Below the pieces are notes generated by a model. It was not told the DNA's origin, did no database searches, and saw only the letters and a program-made list of their open reading frames with translations. 61,095 bases of DNA from Paramecium tetraurelia (lineage: Eukaryota). The position numbers and the translations under genes are program-made. This document shows, in pieces, positions 1 to 15,100 of this stretch. The stretch lies in NCBI GenBank assembly GCA_000165425.1, contig CT868033.1, forward strand, positions 186,001 to 247,095, written 5' to 3'. Each line of letters begins with the position of its first letter. Position 1 is the first letter of the stretch.

Positions 1-3000
1 GATATATACCCAATCACATAAGGGTTTTGTGACTCCCTTTAAACTGATGTAAAGACAGTTAATTTCACTCTAACAAACTCATACTCAGGGAGCATGGTAT
101 TTAGTTTGTCTACCAAAAATGTGGGATCTGTTTCAATCAATATGATTACCCTCTCAAGAAGATCAAATTCAATAACATGCTACCCCTCATGTTAATCATG
201 TAGAGGGCCAGAGCAAAACTAGTGTTTATCTTGTTATTATGGTGTACCAACAAATAATATATGCCCCCCATGTCCAAATAATCTATATTATGAAAAATAA
301 TCAGGGTGCAAAATTAATTGTAAATTTTAGAATTCCAAATTTTCAAATGGATTTTGTTAGGCATTTGATTGTAATTTCAGTCTTATATTTTAGATAACTC
401 CATACTCTTATATGATTCTTATATATCACAAACTAGTTTCGTAAAATGGCAATAACTCTACGACCCCCTTCATATAGACACATCTCCAAGCTTACTTTAT
501 TCAAGTTCACAATAGTAAGTCTATGGCATCTTTCGATATAAATCTGGAATAGGAAGATATATTAATGAAATAACTACATCGACATCCACCTATGCTTATG
601 GACTTAGAATATAATTGGAGTTATACAATAATATAGAACTTGGAACAGGAATAAGATTTATGATTAATAACACTTACTATGGTTCTATTTACAAAGATTC
701 TTAAGGGATCTAAACACACAGAATTATGATTGGAAATTCTAACAGCCAATACTCTTCCATTTAAATTCTTGATCTCTATATGTTTGTTGATATGCTCTAA
801 TATCCATTCTACTTTTCAGCTATTGGAAATTTCACGTAATATTATAATTTATCTAAGTATTTCATCCTCAGGATGGAGTTTAATATCTCTCTAAATTACA
901 AAGGGACTTTGCCCAAGGAATTGCCAGGTGTGTGATGTACCCTATTAATGTAAAAAATGCTATTCTGGCTATTATGTGAATAAAGACGGTAATTGTATTT
1001 ATTCTTGTTCTACTGTCACCTAACAAATCGTAGGAGACTATTGTTTGGATTATGATTACGAAATTCCTTGTAATTAATATTGCTTAATTTGTAGATTCAA
1101 AATATTTGATTAAAGACTTTTATAATATGGCTAGTGATCAAGATTAATACCCTGAATATAAATTAGTCTCCTAAAAGGGAGTTAATTTTTTAAAAGGTGA
1201 ATATATCTTTTAGTCTATTAAGAATGACATTACGATGTTAGGTGGGTAATATATCTGGAGTTAGGCTGTATTTTAGAGAATTCATTAAATTAGCAATCCA
1301 CACCATAGAATTACTATTTCATTTAGAATTGTCTTTGGTCCTAGTTTTCCTTCAGATGGCAGATTTATTTATACTGTTGATGATAATGCACCTATTTCAA
1401 ATTCTGGGTCAGGAGGTGGTACATATTTCATAAAAAATAAAATTGTCCATTCATAAAACTAATTAACCGTACAGTGGGAATGTTATGGAGAAAACAATGA
1501 ACCAATAAAAGCATATTGTGGATTCTATAATTATTTCATTATAGTACATTATTGTTAACCCTATTGTTTAAAATGTACTGATTAAGATACATGTCTAGAA
1601 TGGGAACAATATGATTAAGTTTAAATTCAGGTATCTCAGGCTGAATGTTAAAGTGAATAATACTATGATAAATTTGAATTAAAATGTAAAAGTTGTCCTT
1701 CTTCTTGCTTAACTTGTTAATCATCAATCTATTGTCTATCATGTAAACCTACTTACATTATGACTAAATTAGGATGCGTGTGTTAAACAAATCAATATGA
1801 TGACGCCAATTAGTGTGTGAATTGTCCGTAACAATGTGAATAATGTTTAAATTCATCATTCTGTGTTAATTGTTCAATCTTAAAATATAGAACTCTATTG
1901 AATGGGTAATGTGTATGTCTAGATGGATATTACTCAATACCCACAAATCCTTAATGTTAGAGATGCCATTACTTATGTAAAACTTGTTCAGGATATTCAC
2001 AATGTATATAGTGTTAGAGTATCAACAATATTGAGAAAGTTGATTCTACATGCAAATGCAAAGCGGGTACAGCATATCAAGATTCACTTAAGACATGTGC
2101 AGCCTGTCATGTAACCTGTTTGACTTGTTTTAAAATTTCAATAAATGGATGTTTGACCTGTGATTCTGTTTAAAAAAGAGTGTTGAGAGGATTGAAATGT
2201 GAATGTCAACCAGGATATTATGAATTGAATAATATTTGCATAGGTAATTTTTAATCTAATTTTAGATTGCCCTGCGTTAGAGGATAATTTATTAAGTCAA
2301 TGTTATAATCAATGCAATAGCAATCAAAAATTATGGCATACAACTATTTGTAGTGCTTGTGATAGTCCCTAAGAATTAGTCCAAAATAATTGCGAACCCA
2401 AATGTGGAGACACTTAATTAACTCTTTATGAAGAATGTGAAGATGGTAATAATATATTAGATGATTTGTGTTATAATTGTTAATTTTAATGTCCAAAACA
2501 TTGCTTGACTTGTAATTCAGCAACTACATTACCTTGTCCAGATATTTGTGGAGATGGAATAATTTCAGGTAACGAAGAATGTGAAGATGGAAATACAATA
2601 TAATATGATGGATGTTACAATTGTTAATATTAATGCTAGCCTGCTTGTACTAAGTGTATTTTGGGGAAGTGTTATGAATGTTCAACTGTAGGATGGTACA
2701 CTGATACATCAACTACTAATTGGCAATGTAAAGAATAATGTGGTGATGATATACTAACAGGTACTGAATAATGTGAAGACCTTAATACAAGTGATACAGA
2801 TGGATGCCATAATTGTAGATACTTTTGTCGAAAGGGTTGTTCATCTTGCGATTATACAACTGGTACATGTTTAAGTTGTGAATAACCAGGTTATGAACCT
2901 TATCTATATTATTGCAGAAATATTTGTGGAGATGGATTGATTGTCAATGGTCTTTATGGATTTTTCCCGGAGTATTGTGATGACGGTAATACTAATTACA

Positions 3001-6000
3001 GTGATTATTGCAATAGTTCTTGTTAGGATTGTGCAACCGGATATAAAAGATCAAATGTGAAAAAATGTGAACCTATTTGTGGTGACAATCTTAAAGTAGT
3101 TGGTGAAATATGTGAATCAGGACTAATATTACCTTATAGAGGCTGCCAGAACTGTTAACCTAAGTGTCAAAGTATTTGTGATAATTGCGATACTAACGGG
3201 AAGGGTTGTTTAGAATGTTAACTTGGATATGTTAATTTGAATAAAGTGTGTCATTCTATATGTGGAGACCTAATAGTTACTGAAGCTGAAGAATGCGACG
3301 ACGGAAACCTAATATATGGAGATGGTTGTCATTTCTGTAGGTTTAGCTGTGTTAAATCATGTCTCAGCTGCATCAATGGAGTTTGTTATTTATATGAAAA
3401 TGATGAGGATTACGATTGGTCCATATCCAAATGCTTATCCATTATAGGGTTAGATATGAAATCTAATTAATAAACGTGTCTATTATTTAGTGATCTGCTC
3501 TATTTCAGTAGATCTTATGTGAAGAACATATTTTAATGCCATCATCAATGCAAAGTGTGCTAATTCTAAACATGCTATCTTTGCCAATAAGGTTATGAAT
3601 TAACACCTAATAAGTAAGAATGCAGACAATCCTCCATATTATTAGAGGAATTAAAATATTGCCAAATAAGCATTGGGAATTACTGTTATATATGCTATGA
3701 TTATGCTTATTTCGATATATTTGAAAATAGATGTAAACTACCTTCGTATTTATTTCAATTAATATAATAATAATGCAATCAAGGTTATCAATTGGATAAT
3801 AATGGGAACTGTGTTTCTTCATGTGGAGATGGCATTCTTACTGAGGAGGAGGAATGTGAAATCTAAGACGAAAATTGTTTATATTGTATTTACCAATAGC
3901 CTTATAGATGCAATCGTTTCTTCAAGGATCTCTGTCTTGAATGTGAACTTGGTTATTAGTATGATACGATGAAGAAATCATGTCAAATCTAGAGGGAATA
4001 TAAATATTTAGTTAAGAATGAAGAAGAATACAATTATTTGATTTGTTAAATCGAGTTAAGTGGTAATTGTATTAAATGTGAACATGGGACGTGTTTAGAA
4101 TGTAAACAAAACTTCTTATTTATTAATTCATTGTGTAAGGATATTTTAACACCTTCAGAAATAGAAATATTTAATGCAGAATTGGTTTAAGAATAACATC
4201 AAAGTTCATTTAATGATGAATAGTAATAATAATAGTAATTATGTGATTTAAATTGCAATAGATGCATAAATGGAATTTGTGAATATTGTAAGAATGGTTT
4301 TACATTAAATTCTCTTATTCAACTCTGTTAAGCAAGTGATTTCATCTAATATGTTAAAGTCTATGATGAAAATATAATATTGGATTCAGTATTCAATTTA
4401 GATGAACATCGTTGCGAATTACTCAATTATCAAATATTTGTGGATAATAAATTCTATGTTTATGATGAGAACTGCTAGAGTAATGGAGTTAATTAATAGA
4501 GTGAGTAGTATGATCCTTCAACCGACACTCACGAACCTTGTGATTAAAATTGCTTATTCTGCAATTAGGGGATATGTAGTTTATGTTTAAAAGGAAGTTA
4601 CATCTTTAATTATAAATGTCTTTAATTTGGCGTTGTTGAGTATTCTTAAAAAGAATAAGTATGCGGAGATAAGATAGTGTAAATTGGAGAAGTTTGCGAT
4701 GATGGCAATGAGTATTAATATGACGGTTGTTTCTAATGTCAATTTAGTTGTGAGGAAAACTGTTTAAAATGTGAATATGGCATTTGTTTGAGTTGTAAAA
4801 TTGGATTTATTCTGGATTCTACAACTTGTAAACCTTTTTGTGGAGATGGCTTAGCGATACCATACAAGGAGGAATGTGATGATTTCAATGAATCTCAAGG
4901 TGATGGATGTGATCTATGCAAAATTGAATGTGTACCTAATTGTTTAAAATGCAATTAAGTACATTGTTTCAAATGTGAAAAGGGATATAAAAATGAAAAT
5001 GATATTTGTGTAGCTGACTGTGGAGATGCTATCGTAATTCATGAATATGAATAATGCGATGATGGCAATAAAATTATGTATGACGGTTGTTTTAATTGCC
5101 AATACTAATGCAGTCAGAATTGCTTAGAATGCACTTAAGGCATTTGTACCTTCGCTTGCCCTGATGATAGTATTGTCATTGAAGGTCTATGTCTTCAATA
5201 GTGTGGTAAACTAATAGTGAGTTATAACAAAGAATGCGATGATGGCAATGAAACTGAATATGATGGATGTTTTGAATGCAAATTTTAATGCATCCTTAAT
5301 TGCGACTCTAATTTTTGTAAAAAAGGGATTTGCACTAAATGCATATATGGATATGGTTTATAAAAACAACAATGCAACTTATTAGAAATAGAGGAGAGCA
5401 ACTTTGATTCTATGTTAGGAAATTAACAGAATAGTTGGATTTGTAAGGATTCTGAATGTGTGTTCTCTGAGAGTCCTACTCTAAAATTAAAGAGCTAAGG
5501 ATTGTAGAATGAAAAATATAAGTTGCTAATTCAGTTTGATTAGGAAGTAGTTTGTGCATTTACTGAATGCCAAGATATATTCAACATATATTTCCTAGAA
5601 ATAGAAGAAGATTAATACAAAGTCGAATGTTCTCCTTTTGAAGATTAGGGATTTGCAGATCAAGTAGCATGGGTTGAGTACTTAATTGAGATTAATGTAT
5701 TCAATCCAATAAAATTCTAGCCAACTTTAATTGTTACACTTTTACAAGAAATCCTTAATTAAAATTAATAAAATGTTACAACAATTGATTACAAAATAAG
5801 CTTAGACAAAGCAATAATTTTAGAATAGAATCAAAAACAAGCAACTGCTTAAATGCAGATGACAAGCAAAGCTGTTGTAATAGCTTCAATCTCGCTGGGT
5901 GCACTTTCATTAATCTCTGGGGAATCGACTTTTATTATGGAATTACTTAATATCATATAGTACCAGTCATTCCTTAAATATGTGAATTAGGAATATCCAG

Positions 6001-6977
6001 AGAATTTATTAATCTATTTTTAAGCTTCTGAAATGATATCAGTTGGGCCTTATTTGTAGGTTTTCAACATTGATTAATTGATTGAACCCATCTTAGAAAA
6101 GGATAAATTCATTGAACTTGATGGAAAGTTTCTGTATTATGAATTAGAACCAAGTATCATTGTTAACATCTGTCCCTAAATATTCCAATCATTTGGAGTT
6201 TTATTGGTGATGTATTCTGGGAAGGTATTCAATATGTTATTTGTATATTTAATGTCCAATAAATGGTTTTCCTCAACCCTATCAAACAAGAACAATCTAT
6301 ACTCAAAAATAACATACAAAATCTTAAAAACGATTAGGAAGGGAATTAAATTGTTGGAGATCTAGAAATACTATTTTGGTTTGAAATAGATAAAATTGCT
6401 TCTATTATTAAACTCTTGGGACTTGCTATTCAAGTCTGTGTTGTATTTGAATGGTAAGAAAAATGAAAGTCTTAGAAATACCATTGAGTCTACAATGAGT
6501 TTAGTTATCATAGCAACCTATTTAGCTGTTCTTATTGATTGTTTTTAATCTTGCAGACCTAATAAATTATTAAACAAAGCCTAAAGATTTGATCAAATAT
6601 TTGTGACCTTAGAACTTTGTAGAACATTTCTCTTTAGTGGTGTCTTAATCTTATTCTAAAGCAATCAAGTTTTATAAACATTGTTTCTGTATATTGGAAG
6701 TTTTAGTTAGTGCTTTTTTATTTATAAGTATAAACAAGTTGATCAATTTGGTAAAATTTTATCAATCCTTATTGAAGGATCGGTATCCATCTTTATATTG
6801 ACTTCAACAATTTACTTTAAAGCCTTCAGAGCGTATGTAAACCCAGATACTTTGACAACTATAGGATTTGCCCATATAGGAATATTGCTTATAAGTTCAA
6901 TTATTTTAGGTGTAAAATAAACTATCTTTACCATGAAAGTATTTATTAAAAAATTTATGGAGATTAAAATCAATTGA
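1..6977 (+). CDS. Large Cys-rich surface/membrane protein, 5' end outside the window: furin-like CxxC repeats, many CGDG..EECDDGN..DGC repeats (DUF4215/myxobacterial disulfide-repeat type), C-terminal multi-pass transmembrane region
   Basis: Frame open from base 1 with TAA/TAG=Gln. Removing GT..AG introns 371-393, 836-857, 1070-1094 and 2244-2265 restores the frame. Repeats include ICGDGIISGNEECEDGNTIQYDGCYNC (~2545) and ICGDLIVTEAEECDDGNLIYGDGCHFC (~3258). Hydrophobic segments ~5870-6940. Ends MEIKIN-TGA (6975-6977). Not every codon was checked. Confidence 0.85.
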
Positions 6978-7388
6978 AATAAACTTAAATTTCTCTTGTT
7001 TTCTAATATATATTAATAATTTATAAATAAGTACAATTATTATCAATATTTTTGAATTTAAGAAATTTTCTTAAAATAATAATTAACCACAATTTTGATG
7101 AGTTAATTTTTAAATATTTTATATCCCAAATAAAAAGTATAGATCAGAATTTAAAATGGGGAATCTATATTGGGATAATATTATCCATTTTGAACTATAA
7201 CTCCCTAATGTAAATGGTATATAAATGGAGAAATCAAATCATTTTTTTTGCTGATTATTCTGCGGATTTTAGACAGCTTATTAAATGACTTCTTAAGCTT
7301 TTTAAGTGTTGGTTTATTACTATGGATTATAAAGCTTGCATTTGTCTTTATCAGATCCATTCATTCCTGTTTTCATTTTTTGCATCTT
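6962..7388. repeat. ~430-bp duplicated block, copy A (copy B at 20605-21030)
   Basis: Long near-identical runs, e.g. TAATATATATTAATAATTTATAAATAAGTACAATTATTATCAATAT and GGTTTATTACTATGGATTATAAAGCTTGCATTTGTCTTTATCAGATCCATTCAT, occur in both places. Confidence 0.93.
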
Positions 7389-8966
7389 TTTATTATATAA
7401 TAATGAACCGATTGTTTATTATAATATATATTATAATGAACAATAACTGTTTTTAAAATAAGATATTTTATATCCATAATATAAATAATATAATTAATTT
7501 CAACATAATTATTGGCAATAATTTGATATTCAAATATCATGAATCATTTGAACTTAGATTGGGAAGTGATTATAACATTACAATTATATATAATTAAGCT
7601 TCAAATATATTCTTCTAAAAAAAAGAATAATGCATAGTAAATCAGAATGGATTGTAAGAAAGACGTATTCATTAGTTTTTCTATCATCCACCAATTTTAT
7701 ACTGGAGTAAAAAAGAGAGAACAATCTGAATTAGAAGTCCTTTCATACATTTTAAAATTAATTCTCATTTCTTTAATAATATTGATATCTAATAATATAT
7801 TCATCACCTGATATAATCAAAAGGAGATGAAAAATGCAAGAAAATGAGAATTCTAATCAACATTTGAAATTGCTGAAAATCGTTAATTTGAAATCCTATC
7901 ATTTTAGAAATTATAGATTTAGTATTTCTATATGGTAATGACTCTAACTAGCCTGAATGTTATTATACCAGAATTATGAGGAAAGTAACTCTATTAAATA
8001 TTTTTAAACAGAATTATAGCTTAAAAAGAAATTCATCAATAATCCAATTAATTAATATAAAATTTCAAATATTAATAATTTTTAGAATTAATTTTAAAGT
8101 GCGATCATAAAACCACCTCGAAAATAATTGCACCATGGATGAATTACAATAATCTCCTTTATAAATATGATAAAATAAAATAATTTAAAACTTTTTCTTC
8201 ATGAAAATGTCAAACTTTTGTAACTATTAATTCTTGGCTTCCATGCTATCTTCTAAATGATAGTGTGCATAATAAGCAAAGCAAGAATAGATTACAAAAT
8301 ATTGTTCATTATGGCTTGGCAAGATGAGTTTATCCAAACGTCAGTTAAATTTATATACTAAATTCTATCTGATTTAGGTGAAAATCAATTATTTTTATTG
8401 GTTAGGACTATAACTCTGATTGCTGATTATTTCTTCCAGGATTTTAAGATGTATAAGTCTAATCATAGACAAAATGCTTAGAATATGCATTATGGTGGAT
8501 CTTTTGCCTATATTTTTAGAAATGAGATGTAAAAATAAAATAGAAATAATTTAAACTTATAAATTTTAGATGAGTATTATACCCTTTAGTGTTGAGACCA
8601 GAAGGAATGATCTTTGATTCTTATAGAATTAATTATATATAACGAATCATCTTAAAATATTTCATATTTCAAAGATTGCTTATCTGCTTAATGAATCATT
8701 TTTCCCTAATTTTATATTCTATTGTTATTTACTACACCTTTCTTATATAAGAGTTGATGCATTGAGTATATCCACATTTAGGGATATTTCACATATTTGG
8801 TTGAACTTAATGGTATCAACAATTTTCATTGAAATAAACATACTATCCAAAACTAAGATAGTGAGATCATCTTTAAAAAAGACTTCGATCACTCTATTGA
8901 GGGCTAGGTAAATTTTCTACCCTTTTTCAATATCAAACAGAACAATATACAAATTAAAAATAATAA

Positions 8967-9108
8967 TTATGAGAATTAATCATTAAATTAAATTCTCCTG
9001 AGAAATTCGAAATTAATAGTATATCAGCTAGAAATTAAACGAAATTAAATCTTATCCATTTAAAAATCAAAACCATAACCCTTTTATGTTTAATTTACTA
9101 AATAAAGA
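8967..9108 (+). promoter_or_regulatory. Candidate promoter/5'UTR motifs of surface antigen copy 1
   Basis: TTTAATTTACTAAATAAA (9089-9106) lies just before the ATG in all three antigen copies. TTATGAGAATTAA (8967-8979) and CTTATCCATTTAAAAATCAAAA (9051-9072) recur upstream of copy 3. Function is inferred from conservation only. Confidence 0.5.
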
Positions 9109-12100
9109 ATGCAAATCAAATATTTGCTTTTAATAAGTCTTCTGCTTGCAGTAACTAAGCAAGTGACAGTGACTAAAACCGATACATGTGATGATTGCAC
9201 TTAATTCAAATCATCCTTAGATTGTAAAGCATTTGGATGTACTTGGACAGATAAAACAGCCGCAGCAGCAGGATCTTGTGCTAAATCTACAACTCCTCCT
9301 CCTGTTACCTTTACACCATATTGTTCAACAATAGAGACAGCAAATTGTGCTAAGACATTTGGATGTGCCTTAGTTGAAGGAAAATGCACTCATTTCACAG
9401 GATGTTCAGCCTATGTCAAAACTACACACTCAGACTGCTAAGCCATATCTTACATGTGTATTACAAATGGAACAACATGCACAAATGCACTTGAATGTGT
9501 TGGATATACTAAAGAATAATGTGAAACTACCCCTAGCTTGAAGAGCCCATACAAATGTAAACTTGATGGAGAAACATGTAGAGACTATAAATGTATTGAG
9601 GCTGATTCATCACTTACAACTGATTTAGCCTGCTCAACTTGGTTATTAGGTTGTAGATCAACAGGCGCTGGTTGTATTGATTTAGTACCACCATGTGCTA
9701 GTTATTAAGGTACTTCAGAAACATGCCCAAAGATGAAGGGATCAGATGGAAATTGTGAATTTAATGCAGATGGTAATGTTTGTAAAGCAAGAGTATGCAC
9801 AGGTGCAGATACTGGACTTAACACTAATGAGGCTTGTGCTTAATACTAAGTTGGATGTGTAACAACAGGAAAGGGATGTATTGCAACAAGAGGAGCTTGT
9901 TCAACTTATGATGGAAATGCTTCAACTTGTATTGGATATATTGGTACAGATGGAGAATGTGCTGGTGATGCTACAGGTACTAAATGCAGAGCTAGATTAT
10001 GCAGTGAAAAAACCGCAACTACTGATGCTGAATGTGGTACTTGGAAGACTGGATGCAAATCAAATGGAAAATAATGTGTTGATTCATTAGGTGCTTGTAG
10101 CTCATATGATGGAACAACAACTACATGTGCTGGTTTGAAAGGATCTGATGGTAATTGCAAAGGAACTTCAACAACAACAGCTAAATGTGCCTTAAAAGAT
10201 TGTGTGACTGATAGTAATGACACATTTAAAACATAAGCTCAATGTGAAGCTATCTAATCAAACTGTAAAACAACAGGAAAAGGATGTGTAGCAACATTAG
10301 CTGCATGTTCTTCATATTCTTATACAGATGATGGAACATCTTGTAATTCATGGTATGGATCAGATGGTAGATGTAAACCTGGAACAGCTGGAAAGTGTGC
10401 AGCTAGAGTTTGTACTGAAGCTTTAACATCATTAACTACAAACAAATAATGTGATGATTACAAGAGTGGATGTGTAACCACTGGAGCTGGATGTGTTTCA
10501 ACAACTGTTTGCTAAGATACTGTTAAATAAGTTACTTGTGAAGGAACAGGTACTTGTGGATGGAATTCAATCTGTGTTTCAAAGACTAGTTGTGGTTAAT
10601 TATTGACCAAATCTATTTGTGAAAGTGTCAAGATAAGCAATAAGCCATGTAAATGGGATACAGGTACATGCAGAAATGCAAGATGTGATGATTTTACAGC
10701 TACAGATGATAATACTTGCAATACCTTACTTGAAAATTGTGTTACTAATGGTACAAAATGTGTTGATGGTACTAATTGTGCTGCTTAATTTAAAGGAACA
10801 TAATAAGCATGTTAAGCCTTTAAAGCCAAATGCACAAATGATACTAATGCAGCTGATACTGCTGTTTGTAAAGCAAGAACATGTGATGATTCATATCTCA
10901 CTTACGATAATGATCAAGATTGTGGTAATTATTTGACAGGTTGTGTGACAAAAGGATCTGGTTGTATTATTGACACAGCTGTATGTTCAAGTTATTCTGG
11001 TACTCCAGAATAATGTGATAAATTTAAAGGAAATAAGACTACTAGATGTTGGAATACAGGTGCTGCTACTGTTTCTGGTGCTTGTGTTGATAAATAATGT
11101 ACATAGGCTACTAGCATGGGAGATGACACAGCATGTGAATCATTTTTAACAGGATGTTTATATGATGGCAATGGAAGTTGTGTAGCTAAAAGTGCTGCAT
11201 GCACAGCTTATACAGGTACTGCCATTACTTGCTTAAACTTTAAAGGAAGCAGTGCAGCTAATCCATGTTTCCAAGGTGTAGGAGGTAAGTGCAGAAATAA
11301 AACATGTAGTGATGATATAACTAGTTAAAGTGATGGAGATTGCAATACATTTTTACCAGATTGTGTTACTAAGGGAACTGGATGTATTGATAAGACCTCT
11401 TAATGCACTGCATATTCAGGAACAACTGATAAATGTTTAACATTTACTGGAAAATCAGGAGCAGATAAATGCACAAGATTAGAAGCTTGCGTTTCAAAAG
11501 CTACAACATGTGCTTCAAAAACAGGAATAGCTGGAAATGACGACTGTTTATCATATCATGCTGATTGCAGATTTAAATTTGGAGATACTGCTTGCATGCA
11601 AAGTTAAACTGTTTGTACAAGTTATACATTGACTGGTACTGATGATGCTGCAAAGTAGACTTATTGTAATTTAATTACAACATCATCAGCTGGTTCATGT
11701 AGTTATGATACAGGTGTAGTAGGTACATGTTCTGCTAGAGCATGCAATCTATGGGTGAGTACATTAACTAATATTACATGTGACAATTACAATGGAACAG
11801 CTTCATGTAAATTAAATGGTGCTTCTTATTGTTATGCTCCTTTAGCCTCATGTGCTTCATACACAATACCAAATAGTACAACAGATAAATTAGCATGGTG
11901 TAATGCAATGTTCACAAATGCAGCTACCCCAACTAAGTGTTCATATGATGCAGGTGTCAGTACAACAGCATGTTCAAATATAGATAGTTGTGAAGAAATC
12001 ATTTCTCCTACCAGTGCTGCTTATTGTAATAAAATATTAGATGATGGAGACTGCTAATTTACAAATAACAAATGTATTACTACTAAAAATGCATGTACTG

Positions 12101-15100
12101 GTTATTTATTAACTGGTATTACTACAGGTTAAGCTGCCTATTGCTCTGGCTTGAGATCAGATAATTCGGGAACTGTTACAAAATGTTCATATATTTCTGG
12201 AACTTCTACAACTACTTGTGTTGATGAGGTAGTAGCAACAGTTGCTAATCCAGCCGCTATCACTGTTGGAGCTTGTAATACAATTTCATCACCAACTTCA
12301 TAAGCAGATTGTAATTTAGGAACTGGAAGTTGTAAATATTATTCAGGAGCTTGTTATGCCAGAGTTGCATGTGCAAGTTATACCGTTGTTGGTGCAGATG
12401 CAACTGCTAAGCAAAACTTTTGTTAGAATATGTATGATAATACGGCAAATACTTACTGCTCTTATAATGCTGGAGCTTGTGCTGCTGGTAAAGCTGCTTG
12501 TACTGATTATTCTACTTTAGCTGGGGCAGATGATGCTGCTAAAACATTAGAATGTTCTAAACTCAGAATAAAAACAGGAAGTGCTTGCGGCTTCACTGCA
12601 TCAGGAACTGCATGTGCAGCTCCAGCCGATGCTGCTGCTTCATGCACACTTGTAACATCTGATATCACTGCTGATGCAGATTGCGCCTTAAGAACAATAT
12701 TAGGATGCAAGAAACATGCTACTAATCCTGCTTGCATAGCAAATGGTGCATGTACTGCTGCTGCGCCTACTGGTACTGGAGATGCTTAAGTCACGAGCTG
12801 CTAAGCTTTTATTGGTCCTGATTCTAAATATTGTACATTTACAACCGGTGCAAATTGTGCAGTTGCTCAAAGTGCATGCTCAGGTTATTCAACTCTTCCA
12901 TCTGGTACTGAATTAGCTTATTGTTCTTTAAGAATTAATGAGAATGGATAAAGATGTACATGGGTTACTCCTGCTACAGCTTGTTCAGATCCTTCCGCTA
13001 CATGTGTGAGCTACACTGGTCTTACTGGTACTGATATGCTAAAATAATGTTAAGCTAAAAACGATTTAGCTGGAGTAAGATGCTCATGGAATATAGGTAC
13101 TACTGCATGTATTGCTGCTCCAAAAACCTGCGCTGGTTGGAATAGTCTTCCAACTTCAGGATAATTAGAATTTTGTTAGGCCAGAATTAAATCAGATGGT
13201 TTGAGTTGTTCATGGGTTAGCGGTACTTCATGTACCGATGCTCCAGCTGCTTGTACATCATTAGCTAGTCTTCCAAATTCAGGAGAATTAGCTTATTGTG
13301 TATTAAGAATCAAACAAGATGGAGTAAAATGTTCATGGACAAGTGGTGGTAATTGTATAACTCAACCAACAGCATGTACTGACTGGAGCACTCAACCATC
13401 ATTAGAATTTTGTTAAGCTAGAAGTAATATAAGTGGAAATAGATGTTCATTTGTTGCGGCTGCTGCTGCATGTTCTGATGCTCAAGCTGCTTGTACTGGA
13501 TATAGCACATTACCTTCACCAGGATAATTAGCATTTTGTTAAGCAAGAGTTTAATAAGATGGAACTAAATGTTCATGGACTGCTGGAGGAGCAGCTTGCA
13601 GAGCTTATTCATGTGAAGATACAGCATCTCCTTAATCATAAGCTGATTGCGATACTACTGGAACAGGATGCACATATGAACCTCAACTTTAAATTTGTTA
13701 TAAGCCATAGACAGCATGCACAAGTTATACTCCAGCAGGTTCTACTGAAGCTGATAAACTTAACTATTGTAATAATCTATTAAATTCTGCTTCTACTCCT
13801 GTTGGATGTACTTACATCAAAGGAAAAGCTAGTGTTACAACATGTTCAGTATTAGGTGCTTGCACAAGCTATGATGTTTCAGATGTAGCTGCAGCTGATA
13901 AATTAGCTGCTTGTTAAGGTGTAATTCCCTCCTCTGGTTCTTGTACATACTTTTCAGGAAACACATGCGTTGCTGTTGCAGCCTGCTCTACATATACTGG
14001 AGGAAGTTCCGGAACTATAGTGGTTGATTGTGCAAAATAAAAAGATACTACTGGATTATTATGTTATGGATCTGGTACAGCATGTGCTGCAGCAACTTGT
14101 GAAAATGTTACAGGAGCAACAAGTCTTGATGATTGTAAGAAATACGCTACAAATTGTGTGTACGCAGGTGGAAAATGTTACACTACATCTGCAACTTGTG
14201 CATACTCTACTGGAGGAACTAATGCAATTTCAACATGCAATAGTCTAAAAAATACTGGTGGCAATTTCTGTACAGCTGATGCTGATGCTGATGCTAATTG
14301 CAAAGACAGAACATGCGATGATACGGCAACAAATAGTTTCTAAACTCATGATGAATGTAAGACTTATCATTCAACTGCCAAATAAACGGTTAAGGTTGTA
14401 TCCTTGCTTCAAAAAACATGTGCTTAATAAAGTGGATATCTTAGCTATTGTGAATGGGCCTTAGACACTAACAGCAAATCAACTTGTGCCAAAGCAACTG
14501 CTGATACCAATAGTGCTGCTTGTACAAAGTTGACTTGTGAGTTGAATGTTACTGCAACCAGTGATTCAGAATGTATATCATTCAATTCTGATTGTTTAAA
14601 TAAAGGTTTAGGTTGTATTCTTAAAACAGAGCCTTGCTCCTCTTACTATGGTACAAAAACCTCATGCTAGGCATTTACAGGAAATGGTAAGAAATGCTAC
14701 GGAGATTCCACTACTACTACTAAAGCAGCTTGCAGAGATAGATAATGCACTGATATGTCTACAGCTACCAGTGACAGCGAGTGTGAAAATTTCTTAACAG
14801 GATGTTTATTCAATGGAGTTGGTTGTGTACATAAAAGTGCTGCTTGTAGTTCATATAAGGGAACCTAAGCAACTTGCTCAGGATTTAAGGGAAGCAATGG
14901 AACCAAATATTGTTGGGGATCCAGTACAACTGTGGTTGGAAATTGTGCTGATAGAAAATGCTCAGATAAGGTTGGCACAACTGATGCAGAATGTTAAACG
15001 TTCTTGCCTCCTATTGCTCCATCAAAAGTATAATTATGTATTACTGATGGCAAAACTTGTGTTGATATTGGAAAGGCCTGTTCATTCTTTAAAGGAAATG

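Noticed and set aside
8230..8640. Possible kinase relic (IVHYGLAR resembling DFGLAR)
   Set aside because: Only one or two degenerate motifs and no continuous frame; not enough to call.
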